Source: Actinomycetota bacterium (GTDB lineage: Bacteria > Actinomycetota > Actinomycetes > Nanopelagicales > Nanopelagicaceae). From it: DNA of 64,000 bases. The notes under the pieces are model-generated. The model did no database searches and was not told the DNA's origin. It saw only the letters and a program-made list of their open reading frames with translations. Shown piece after piece: positions 52,916 to 61,384 of the stretch. Location: positions 42,294-106,293 of the forward strand of contig JBJONF010000001.1 of assembly GCA_046051985.1 (NCBI GenBank). Direction: 5' to 3'. A program made the translations under genes and the position numbers. The number at the start of each line of letters is the position of its first letter. Position 1 is the stretch's first letter.

Positions 52916-52938
52916 ATTGTGTACTTAGGCACTGACAA
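52916..52938 (-). promoter_or_regulatory. PafBC-type (RecA-NDp) promoter of the nuclease gene
   Basis: Minus strand TTGTCAGTG-cctaagta-CACAAT-aagcac-ATG: same 9-mer and spacing as 43539-43561, but the -10 starts with C instead of T. Confidence 0.72.
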
Positions 52939-53569
52939 TTGCTGAATACAAAACTCCAAGCCCCAAAAGAATCATAATGACACCGCCTGTTGCACGTAAT
53001 CGCTCAAGGCGCGTGCCATCGGTAGCTAACCAGTTTCGCGCAGTCCCTGCCAGCAAGCCCCACGTGCCATCTGAAATAAAGGCAAGAATCGAAAAGATTG
53101 CGCCAAGCAGAATTAATTGAGATGTAACGCTGCCACGTTCACGATCTATGAACTGTGGCAGGACAGCGGCAAAGAAAACAATACCTTTAGGGTTCAGCGC
53201 GCCAACCCAGTAGCCATCCCACATTGAGCGACGGGCATTGGGTGCAACATCGCCTCGGTTAGTCATGTCAGCTGCATGCACCGTGCGTTTTCTAATTGCA
53301 TCAATTCCAAGATAGATCAAGTAAAGGCCGCCACCCCATTGGACTGCAATGTAGGCAAGCTCTGAACGTTGCAAAATTGGACCGAGCCCAAGTGCGACAA
53401 AGACCGAGAGAGAAAAAGCTCCGGTTACATTTCCGGCAACTGTAAAAACGGCAGTTGCACGACCCCACGCGATGGCCCGAGCGATTACGAATAAAACGCT
53501 CGGGCCAGGCGCCAAGATAATCACCATCGCGGCAACGATGTATTCAGGAAGCCGCGATGGAATGATCAT
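52925..53569 (-). CDS. LysE/RhtB family exporter
   Basis: APGPS, GGLYLIYLG, LNPKG..FF..LPQF. Confidence 0.9.
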   Translation of the reverse strand: MIIPSRLPEYIVAAMVIILAPGPSVLFVIARAIAWGRATAVFTVAGNVTGAFSLSVFVALGLGPILQRSELAYIAVQWGGGLYLIYLGIDAIRKRTVHAADMTNRGDVAPNARRSMWDGYWVGALNPKGIVFFAAVLPQFIDRERGSVTSQLILLGAIFSILAFISDGTWGLLAGTARNWLATDGTRLERLRATGGVIMILLGLGVLYSAIVSA

Positions 53570-53578
53570 GCAGGGAGG

Positions 53579-54838
53579 TTACTTATTGCCTCGTGCATCT
53601 GCAATTGAATGCAGGATTCGGTATCCAAGGATCGCAACCAAAGTAGCGTTGATGATTCCGTTGAATGTGTAATCTCCGCGAGTCCATGACATATCTGCAA
53701 TACCGATAATCAGTGCAGATCCTGCGATCAAAAGGTTAGTTGAATTCGCAAAATCAACCTTTCCTTCGATCCAGATACGCGCACCAACAACACCGATCAT
53801 TCCAAACAGTGCAACGCCAACTCCGCCGAGTGCTCCAACTGGAGTCGCGCTTAGTACTGCGCCGAACTTAGGTGAGAGTGAAAGAAGGATCGCACCAACA
53901 CCAGCGATCCAATATGCCGCCGTTGAGTACACCTTAGTTGCAGCCATTACACCAATGTTTTCTGCATACGTTGTCGTACCTGAACCGCCACCAAAGCCAG
54001 CAAGTGTTGTTGCAACACCATCTGCCATCAAGGCATTTCCCATTTGATCATCAAGATCTTTGCCAGTCATAGATGCAACAGCCTTAACGTGACCAACATT
54101 TTCTGCAATCAATACAAGCACAACAGGAAGGAAGAGGATGATTGCCTTGCCATCAAATGTTGGGTTAGTAAAGGTAGGAAGTGCAAACCACTTAGCCGCC
54201 TTGATGCCATCAGTGTTTACATCACCTTGTACAAAAGCTACGAGGTAACCAATAAGCAAACCAAGAAAGACGCTGATGCGTCCCATGAAGCCACGGGAAA
54301 ATGCTGAGATAACACCGATTGACGCCAAAGTGATAACACCAATCATGGGAGCTGCAACGAAGTTATTCTTTGCCGCACCGGCCAAGTTCAAACCAATGAC
54401 CATAACGATGGTTCCTGTAACAACAGGTGGCAACATCCAGTTGATCCAACCGATGCCAGATTGGCGAACAATGAGACCAACAACGGCCAAGATCACGCCA
54501 GTTACTACGACACCACCAAGTGCTGCGCCCATTCCGCCACTTGTTTTTGCTGCAGCGATTGGTGCTAAGAATGCAAAGGATGAACCAAGGTAGCTAGGAA
54601 CCTTGTTTTGAGTTAAAGCTAGGAATATGAGAGTTCCAACACCTGAGAAGAACAGGGTTGTAGTTGGGGGAAATCCGGTGATGATCGGAACTAAGAATGT
54701 CGCACCAAACATTGCAGCGATGTGTTGAACACCGACGCCGATTGTGCGGGGCCAGGTAAGGCGCTCATCAGTTGAAACAACTTCACCTGAGTTGACCGAC
54801 TTTCCATTTCCATGCAGTTTCCACGAGAGTAGAGACAC
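53579..54838 (-). CDS. NCS2 nucleobase permease, UraA-like
   Basis: QHIAAMFG, YLGSSFAF, signature ENIGVMAATKVYS. Confidence 0.92.
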   Translation of the reverse strand: MSLLSWKLHGNGKSVNSGEVVSTDERLTWPRTIGVGVQHIAAMFGATFLVPIITGFPPTTTLFFSGVGTLIFLALTQNKVPSYLGSSFAFLAPIAAAKTSGGMGAALGGVVVTGVILAVVGLIVRQSGIGWINWMLPPVVTGTIVMVIGLNLAGAAKNNFVAAPMIGVITLASIGVISAFSRGFMGRISVFLGLLIGYLVAFVQGDVNTDGIKAAKWFALPTFTNPTFDGKAIILFLPVVLVLIAENVGHVKAVASMTGKDLDDQMGNALMADGVATTLAGFGGGSGTTTYAENIGVMAATKVYSTAAYWIAGVGAILLSLSPKFGAVLSATPVGALGGVGVALFGMIGVVGARIWIEGKVDFANSTNLLIAGSALIIGIADMSWTRGDYTFNGIINATLVAILGYRILHSIADARGNK

Positions 54839-54844
54839 GTATGA

Positions 54845-54932
54845 CTTCCTTCCTGAGGGGCTCTAATCGAGCCTGAGAGTTCAGCGTAGAACTGGGCTGG
54901 GCATTACCTGTGTGTACGCCACACCCTCAGGC
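54845..54932 (-). promoter_or_regulatory. Structured 5' leader (candidate riboswitch or attenuator) of the NCS2 permease
   Basis: One 5' strand has two mutually exclusive partners, one adjoining the RBS, plus three internal hairpins. Class not recognised. Confidence 0.5.
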
Positions 54933-54999
54933 GGGTGAAGATCTAGCCGTTAGGCGTGTTCAGGTTGCGCGGTATGGGTGTATCCCAATAGATTACGGC

Positions 55000-55011
55000 T
55001 CGATATATCGA
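55000..55011. promoter_or_regulatory. Palindromic operator candidate upstream of padR-ino1
   Basis: Perfect palindrome TCGATATATCGA about 30 nt before the padR ATG. Confidence 0.6.
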
Positions 55012-55043
55012 ATAGATACATACAACGGAGTAAGGAGGGTCAG

Positions 55044-55574
55044 ATGCGCTCGCGTTCAGAGTCGCTCGAGTTCGCCCTCCTTGGCCTGCTCTCACAAGCC
55101 CCCTTGCATGGCTATGAGCTGCGCAAGCGGATCCAAACCATCTTTGGACCATTTCGCGCCCTGTCATTTTCTGTTTTGTATCCCCAGCTTCGTCGCATGG
55201 TGGAGGCAGGTCTAATCGAAGAGTCGGTCATGGAAACTACATCTCGTCGTTCCCGAATCGTTTATGCGATTACCGATAGAGGCGCTCGCAAATTTGAGGA
55301 TTCAACAGAATCAGTAACACCTGAAACCTGGGAGGACGAGGGCTTTGAAATTCGTTTCGCCTTCTTCTCGCCAACATCTGCAAAGAACAGAGTAAGAATT
55401 CTTGAGGGACGCCATCGTCGCCTTAAGGAGAAAGCCGAAATCTTACGTGGTGAACTCGAGAAGTCACCTGTGGGAATCGACAAATATCTAGAGGAGTGGC
55501 GACGTCATTCACTGGAGACAGCTGATCGAGAAATCGCTTGGCTGGAAGACATGATCAAAACCGAGAGGAAATAG
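55044..55574 (+). CDS. PadR-family regulator (Rv0047c-like)
   Basis: [29 protein letters not shown] 55044 follows AAGGAGG. Confidence 0.92.
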   Translation: MRSRSESLEFALLGLLSQAPLHGYELRKRIQTIFGPFRALSFSVLYPQLRRMVEAGLIEESVMETTSRRSRIVYAITDRGARKFEDSTESVTPETWEDEGFEIRFAFFSPTSAKNRVRILEGRHRRLKEKAEILRGELEKSPVGIDKYLEEWRRHSLETADREIAWLEDMIKTERK

Positions 55575-55575
55575 A

Positions 55576-56673
55576 GTGAATATCACAACCGGTAAAGGCG
55601 ACATCCGTGTTGCAATTGTTGGCGTTGGAAACTGCGCTAACTCATTAGTACAGGGCGTTGAGTATTACAAGAACGCACCTGTTGATCAGGAGATCCCAGG
55701 TCTGATGCACGCTGTTGTTGGGGGATACCACATCTCTAGCATCAAGTTCGTTGCAGCTTTCGACGTGGATGCAAAGAAGGTTGGACTTGATCTTGCAGAT
55801 GCAATCTGGGCAAGTGAGAACAACACAATTAAATTTAGTGACGTCCAAAAGACTGGTGTTCCAGTTCTTCGTGGTGTTACAAATGATGGTCTCGGTAAGT
55901 ACTACCGCGAGACAATCAAGGAATCAGATGCACCAGCTGTAGATGTTGTACAGGTTCTAAAGGATGAAGCGATTGATGTTTTGATCTGCTACCTGCCTGT
56001 AGGTTCTGAAACAGCGGCAAAGTTCTACGCACAGTGTGCAATTGATGCAGGATGTGCATTTGTGAATGCGCTACCAGTGTTTATCGCATCAGATCCTGTC
56101 TGGGAAAAGAAGTTTGCTGATGCTGGACTTCCAATTGTTGGAGATGACATTAAGAGCCAAGTTGGTGCGACAATCACTCACCGCATCATGGCTAAGTTGT
56201 TCCAAGATCGCGGAGTTCACCTAGATCGCACCTATCAGCTCAACGTTGGTGGAAACATGGACTTCAAGAACATGCTCGAGCGTGATCGTCTTGAATCCAA
56301 GAAGATTTCAAAGACAAACTCGGTGACATCTCAGTTGCACCATGATCTTGGTGAGAAGAATGTTCACATCGGACCATCGGATTACATTCCATGGCTAGAT
56401 GATCGCAAATGGGCCTACGTTCGCCTCGAAGGCCGCGCATTTGGCGATGTTCCTCTTAACCTTGAATACAAGTTGGAAGTTTGGGATTCGCCAAACTCAG
56501 CTGGTGTAATCATCGACGCTCTTCGTTGCGCAAAGATTGGTCTAGATCGCAAGATTGGTGGAGCTCTGCTTTCACCATCAAGCTACTTTATGAAGACACC
56601 ACCAACTCAGTACACAGATGAGGCAGCTCATACAAAGACTGAGGATTTCATTTCAGGAAAGCTAGAGCGCTAA
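55576..56673 (+). CDS. ino1: myo-inositol-1-phosphate synthase
   Basis: [39 protein letters not shown]. Confidence 0.96.
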   Translation: MNITTGKGDIRVAIVGVGNCANSLVQGVEYYKNAPVDQEIPGLMHAVVGGYHISSIKFVAAFDVDAKKVGLDLADAIWASENNTIKFSDVQKTGVPVLRGVTNDGLGKYYRETIKESDAPAVDVVQVLKDEAIDVLICYLPVGSETAAKFYAQCAIDAGCAFVNALPVFIASDPVWEKKFADAGLPIVGDDIKSQVGATITHRIMAKLFQDRGVHLDRTYQLNVGGNMDFKNMLERDRLESKKISKTNSVTSQLHHDLGEKNVHIGPSDYIPWLDDRKWAYVRLEGRAFGDVPLNLEYKLEVWDSPNSAGVIIDALRCAKIGLDRKIGGALLSPSSYFMKTPPTQYTDEAAHTKTEDFISGKLER

Positions 56674-56695
56674 AAACAATTAGTAAATGAGAAAC

Positions 56696-56726
56696 CGCCC
56701 CTGGGTATTCCCAGGGGCGCTTTTTT
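56696..56726 (+). terminator. Intrinsic terminator after ino1
   Basis: cgcccctggg-tatt-cccaggggcg followed by c and T6. Confidence 0.9.
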
Positions 56727-56746
56727 CCCTCACGGAGAGTTGAGGG

Positions 56747-57325
56747 TCAAATCGTCGCATCCTCAGGAGTGCGACGAATGTGCATCAACCCTGCAATTGC
56801 AAGAAGAAGAAATACAACACCGCCAATAAGAGAGGCGATAGCTGCATAACCTGCGATTACGCCCATCGTTCCAAATGCATACGCCTCAAGAAGCATGCCT
56901 CGGAGTGTGTTTCCCATGAACAATGTGTCTTGCAGTTCAGAAAGCTTTGCAGTTCTTTCTGCATCCTTGCTACCTCCGCGAACCGCTGCCATGTATTCAC
57001 TTGAAACTTCTGAGTATGTTGCGGGTTTTCCCATGACAGCTGTTGCAGAGGCCTTCATGTGTTCCCAGATGTAAAGATCTGAATAATCTCTTGCCATTTC
57101 ACCAGATACAACCTGCTTGCCCGCCCACTTCAGAAGTTGATCCTTAGTTGCGGATGGAAGACCAGCTTCGATTGGGAAAGCAATGTTTTGATTTTCAAGT
57201 TGGCTTTTGACTGAATCATTAGCAAAGCTAGCGCCAAAGTTGAGCAAGCCAGCAAATATAAACAGCAGCACAGCTAATCCCAGGCCGACAAATGAGATTA
57301 GCTTGTCAAAAGTTCTTCGTTTCAT
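56747..57325 (-). CDS. Uncharacterised membrane protein (N- and C-terminal TM helices)
   Basis: Two hydrophobic segments flank a soluble domain; purine-rich RBS upstream. Confidence 0.8.
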   Translation of the reverse strand: MKRRTFDKLISFVGLGLAVLLFIFAGLLNFGASFANDSVKSQLENQNIAFPIEAGLPSATKDQLLKWAGKQVVSGEMARDYSDLYIWEHMKASATAVMGKPATYSEVSSEYMAAVRGGSKDAERTAKLSELQDTLFMGNTLRGMLLEAYAFGTMGVIAGYAAIASLIGGVVFLLLAIAGLMHIRRTPEDATI

Positions 57326-57454
57326 TCTCTTCTCTCTCCCTTTTAGGCGTTGATGTAATAAATCAACACAAGGTATGTGTACTCCGATGACAAGTACGAA
57401 AAGAAGAAAAGTGCGAGGGTCAGCACTCCCTATAGGTGATGAGAGCGTTTACTC

Positions 57455-57775
57455 TCAATCAATGTGGCGATTGCACAAAGACTGCCCATCAGGGCCGACT
57501 TCATAATGAGAACATGCAACATGTAAGTTATCAAAAGCTTGATCCCCATAATGTGTGCGAAAAGCAAGAGCCAGCAAAACTCGTAAATTTGTTTCTCCAT
57601 CAGATTTAATACCAAAAACTTGGGCGCTTCGGCTGACTGTGTTTTCAATTACTTTCTCGCTGTGAGATGTCTGCGATGCGATCGCAGCATTTGATTTGCC
57701 TTCGCACACAAGCCCCAATACCAATTGCTCAAAAGGTGTCAGTTCTCTGGTTGAGATCGTGATGTCTCGTGTCAT
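57455..57775 (-). CDS. LuxR-type HTH regulator with C-terminal Cys/His motif
   Basis: LTPFEQLVLGLVCEGKSNAAIA..SEKVIEN HTH. ATG 57775 follows GGAGAGG; the ORF-track start overlaps the divergent gene. Confidence 0.8.
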   Translation of the reverse strand: MTRDITISTRELTPFEQLVLGLVCEGKSNAAIASQTSHSEKVIENTVSRSAQVFGIKSDGETNLRVLLALAFRTHYGDQAFDNLHVACSHYEVGPDGQSLCNRHID

Positions 57776-57848
57776 GTGTAGTTCCGCCTCTCCGCGTGTT
57801 CCCATTGTGCACTTCTTTTTTTCGCAGGTCACCCCATAAGATGCGCGC

Positions 57849-58592
57849 ATGAGCGAAATCTTGTCAACAGTCAATAAAGAAGTGCTAACTCTCACCTTTA
57901 ATCGTCCTGAAAAGATGAATGCGATGACCCGTTCCATGTACTCAGGATTGGCCCAGGGTCTGAACGAGGCGGCTGGAGATTTTGGAGTTCGTGCTGTTGT
58001 TTTAACCGCAGCCGGGGATCATTTCACCGCTGGCAATGACATCAATGACTTTATGAATAATCCACCAACTTCGGATGATTCGGAAGTTGCACAATTTTTA
58101 GCGGCTCTTCTTAATTTTCCAAAGCCTCTGATTGCTGCGGTAAAAGGCAATGCGGTAGGTGTTGGAACAACAATGTTGCTGCATTGTGATGTTGTGATTG
58201 CTGGACCAACTGCAAAGTTTTCGATGCCCTTTGCCTCACTTGGTCTAGTTCCTGAAGCAGGTTCTAGTTATCTCTTCCCTCAATTAGTCGGTTATCAGCG
58301 AGCGGCACGAATTTTTATGACAGGTGAAAGCTTTGATGCTGACGCGGCAATTGAAATGGGACTTGTTACTGCAAAGGATTCCGATCCTCTTAGCCACGCT
58401 TTGAAGATCGCTGAACATATTGCTGAACAACCGCCTCAAGCAATCATCAATACCAAGGCGTTGCTCAAAGCCCGTAATCATGATTCAGTTGCTGCTGTAA
58501 TGAAAGCTGAATTTGAAATTTTTGCTATGGCTTTGCAATCGGATGAGGCTATGGAAGCCTTCATGAAGTTCATGTCTAAGAAGGGTAAATAA
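57849..58592 (+). CDS. Enoyl-CoA hydratase/isomerase family protein
   Basis: NRPEKMNA, FTAGND, GNAVGVG, LGLVPEAGSS. Confidence 0.9.
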   Translation: MSEILSTVNKEVLTLTFNRPEKMNAMTRSMYSGLAQGLNEAAGDFGVRAVVLTAAGDHFTAGNDINDFMNNPPTSDDSEVAQFLAALLNFPKPLIAAVKGNAVGVGTTMLLHCDVVIAGPTAKFSMPFASLGLVPEAGSSYLFPQLVGYQRAARIFMTGESFDADAAIEMGLVTAKDSDPLSHALKIAEHIAEQPPQAIINTKALLKARNHDSVAAVMKAEFEIFAMALQSDEAMEAFMKFMSKKGK

Positions 58593-59423
58593 ATGTCACT
58601 GGCCGGAAAGAGAATCTTCATCACTGGAGGATCACGCGGAATCGGTTTAGCAATTGCGTTACGTGCAGCTAGAGATGGTGCCTCGATTGCGATTGCAGCA
58701 AAAACATCGGATCCAAACCCAAAACTTCCGGGCACCATTCATACAGCCGCGGCAGAAATCGAAGCTGCAGGTGGCAAGGCTCTAGCTATTCAATGCGACT
58801 TGCGTGATGAAACCCAGATTGAAGCAGCAGTGGCGCAAGCTGCGAAAGCTTTTGGAGGGATCGACATCTTGATCAACAATGCCAGTGCGATCAATCTGAC
58901 ACGTACAGATCAGACCCCTGCAAAGCGTTTTGATCTGATGTTTGATGTCAATGTAAGAGGCACATTCCTCACTTCTCAAGCAGCTTTGCCTCACTTGAGA
59001 AAATCGGCTGCTGAAGGCCGCAACCCTCACATCTTGAATCTTTCACCACCACTTTCAATGAAGCCAGTATGGTTCAAAAACCATGTGGCATACACAATGG
59101 CAAAGTACGGCATGAGTATGTGTGTTCTAGGTATGGCTGAAGAGTTCAAGCGCGATGGAATTGGCGTTAACGCCCTTTGGCCACGCACCGTGATTGATAC
59201 TGCAGCTCTTCAAATGATTCCAGGTATTGATGCTTTAGCTGGACGCACACCTGAGATTTTGGCCGATGCTGCCTACATCATCTTTAATCGCGATGCGAAA
59301 GAGTGCACCGGAAACTTCTTTGTTGATGATGTATTGCTGGCAAGTGAAGGAATAACAGATTTAGAAAAGTACTCAGTGACTCCAGGAACCAAGGATTTCC
59401 TTCTCGATTTCTTTTTAGACTAA
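58593..59423 (+). CDS. SDR oxidoreductase (HSDL2-like)
   Basis: TGGSRGIG, NNAS, LSPP, YTMAK, LWPRT. Confidence 0.9.
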   Translation: MSLAGKRIFITGGSRGIGLAIALRAARDGASIAIAAKTSDPNPKLPGTIHTAAAEIEAAGGKALAIQCDLRDETQIEAAVAQAAKAFGGIDILINNASAINLTRTDQTPAKRFDLMFDVNVRGTFLTSQAALPHLRKSAAEGRNPHILNLSPPLSMKPVWFKNHVAYTMAKYGMSMCVLGMAEEFKRDGIGVNALWPRTVIDTAALQMIPGIDALAGRTPEILADAAYIIFNRDAKECTGNFFVDDVLLASEGITDLEKYSVTPGTKDFLLDFFLD

Positions 59424-59432
59424 ACTGCACTC

Positions 59433-59945
59433 ATGCGCAAATTAGTCTCACTGTTTTTGATCTATTGTCTTTCGATTTTAGCTATCCCTAGTTCGTCGGC
59501 ACATGTAGAGATCGTGGATTCTTTTCCAAAACAGTTTGCTAATGTGAACCCGATTCCAACCGAATTATGGATCGAATTTAGTGGCAAGCTCCAAACCTTG
59601 GACGGGCAAGCGGTTAACTCTCTCGAGGTTACTGACTCGACAGGATATGTAATGAGCGAAGAAGAACCGATGATTAGTGGGGGAAGAATTAGTACTCAAA
59701 TTTCTGACCAAAGCGCGCCGGGGGTATTCACAGTGAAATACCGAGTTGTTGGTGATGATGGACATGTGATTGAGGGCGATTACACATTCAATGCATCGCC
59801 TGATTACGCCGCAGAACAATCTCCAATGCCAATCAGTGCCGCATCTGAAGAGAGCTCTATTCCAGTAGGTGGCATCTTGATCGGAGCGCTGTTGCTGGCA
59901 TTTTTCGGCGGCATTATTGTGAGAGCAAAAAATCGGAGAATCTAG
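59433..59945 (+). CDS. copC: CopC-family copper-binding protein with C-terminal TM anchor
   Basis: Signal peptide ending before His (SSA-HVEI), DDGHVIEG Cu site, C-terminal helix. Confidence 0.82.
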   Translation: MRKLVSLFLIYCLSILAIPSSSAHVEIVDSFPKQFANVNPIPTELWIEFSGKLQTLDGQAVNSLEVTDSTGYVMSEEEPMISGGRISTQISDQSAPGVFTVKYRVVGDDGHVIEGDYTFNASPDYAAEQSPMPISAASEESSIPVGGILIGALLLAFFGGIIVRAKNRRI

Positions 59946-59947
59946 TA

Positions 59948-61375
59948 ATGCCCGCTTTTGATGTAGAGATTAATGGTGCAAATGTCATTGCCGAATCTGA
60001 ACGATCCGGTCGTGCTCGCTCTTTATTCTGGCCGTGGGCTGGGGCAAATGTTTCTCTGCTGGCACTTTCATATGGAGCTTTCTTTTTAGGCTTTGGCATC
60101 TCATTTAGACAAGCAACTATCGCCGCCTTCATCGGAACTATTGGTTCTTTCTTGTTAGTGGGAATTAGTTCGCTGGCAGGTAAACGTTCAAATGCACCGA
60201 CCATGATTCTCTCTCGGGCATCCTTCGGCGTAAATGGCAGCAGACTGCCAGGTGCACTTTCATACTTGATTTTCGTAGGTTGGGAAACGGTTCTTGTCTC
60301 CTTGGCGACCCTTGCAACAGGAACAGTCTTTACACGCATTGGTGGCATCGATAGGAATTTAGCTTTGGTGCTGGGCTTTATTGTGGCAGTGACTCTCACG
60401 ATGGTCGGTGGAGTTCTGGGGCACCACGTGATTATGAAACTTCAAAAGATTCTAACTTTAGTTACTGTCGGTATGACTTTTGTTTACATAGCTTTAACAA
60501 TCGATAGCCTCAATTGGAGTGCAATCAATGCGATACCAGATGGTCCCGTTCAAGGATTTATTGGAGCTGTGATTTTTGGGGTGACAGGAATCGGGCTAGG
60601 TTGGGTTAACGCCGCAGCTGATTACTCCAGGTATTTACCTCGCTCGGTTTCTAGTAAAGCGGTAGTTGGTTGGACAGTCTTGGGCGCTTCCATTGTTCCC
60701 ATTTTTATGGTGATTTATGGAGCAGCGTTATCTGGAAGCAGCAAAGAGTTAAGTGAAGCCATTGCTATGGATCCAATTGGTGCGCTAACAACTTTGCTAC
60801 CGACCTGGTATTTGATCCCATTTGCTCTTGTCGCAATCTTCGGTTTGGTAGGGGGAGCGATTCTAGATCTTTACTCTTCCGGATTGGCTTTGGTTTCTAT
60901 GGGTGTTCCGATTAAACGCTATAAAGCGGCAATCATTGATGCATTCATAATGATGATCGGAACGATTTATGTTGTTTGGATTGCAGATAATTTCTTTTAT
61001 CCATTCCAGGGCTTTCTTATTACATTAGGTGTCCCTGTGGCGGTGTGGTCTGCAATATTTGTTGCCGATGTCTTGCTGCGCAAGAAGGCCTATAGCGAAG
61101 CTGACTTGTTTAATCCGCAAGGTATTTATGGATCGGTAAACAGAGGGTCAATCGCACTAATGATCTTGGGTTCAGTTGCTGGTTGGGGATTTGTAACCAA
61201 TACATTTGCACCGTGGCTTGAGTGGCAGGGCTACTTCTTAGAGCTTATTGGTGGCAAAGAAGGTCCTTGGGCATATTCAAACGTTGGTGTGATTTTCGCT
61301 TTACTTATCGGTTTCTTTGGCCACATTATGCTCTCAGCTCGTAAAATCCGAGCACAGGAGAACGCGCTCAGTTAG
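59948..61375 (+). CDS. NCS1 purine-cytosine permease family transporter
   Basis: LFWPWAGANVS, SRASFG, GWET, ADYSRY; about 12 TM segments. Confidence 0.88.
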   Translation: MPAFDVEINGANVIAESERSGRARSLFWPWAGANVSLLALSYGAFFLGFGISFRQATIAAFIGTIGSFLLVGISSLAGKRSNAPTMILSRASFGVNGSRLPGALSYLIFVGWETVLVSLATLATGTVFTRIGGIDRNLALVLGFIVAVTLTMVGGVLGHHVIMKLQKILTLVTVGMTFVYIALTIDSLNWSAINAIPDGPVQGFIGAVIFGVTGIGLGWVNAAADYSRYLPRSVSSKAVVGWTVLGASIVPIFMVIYGAALSGSSKELSEAIAMDPIGALTTLLPTWYLIPFALVAIFGLVGGAILDLYSSGLALVSMGVPIKRYKAAIIDAFIMMIGTIYVVWIADNFFYPFQGFLITLGVPVAVWSAIFVADVLLRKKAYSEADLFNPQGIYGSVNRGSIALMILGSVAGWGFVTNTFAPWLEWQGYFLELIGGKEGPWAYSNVGVIFALLIGFFGHIMLSARKIRAQENALS

Positions 61376-61384
61376 AGTTGCCTC

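Noticed and set aside
54845-54932. Assignment of the NCS2 leader to TPP, glycine, purine or PyrR classes
   Set aside because: Only fragments match (CUGAG, GGUAAUGCC, AACUCUCAGG, GUUCUAC). The other core motifs and pairings of each class are missing.
57370-57393. Possible third PafBC promoter, TTGTCATCG-N9-TACCTT, before the membrane protein
   Set aside because: The GTG part is missing and the spacing is off by one.
61376-61384. nhaA-associated riboswitch
   Set aside because: Only 9 nt of intergenic space, and the gene appears leaderless.
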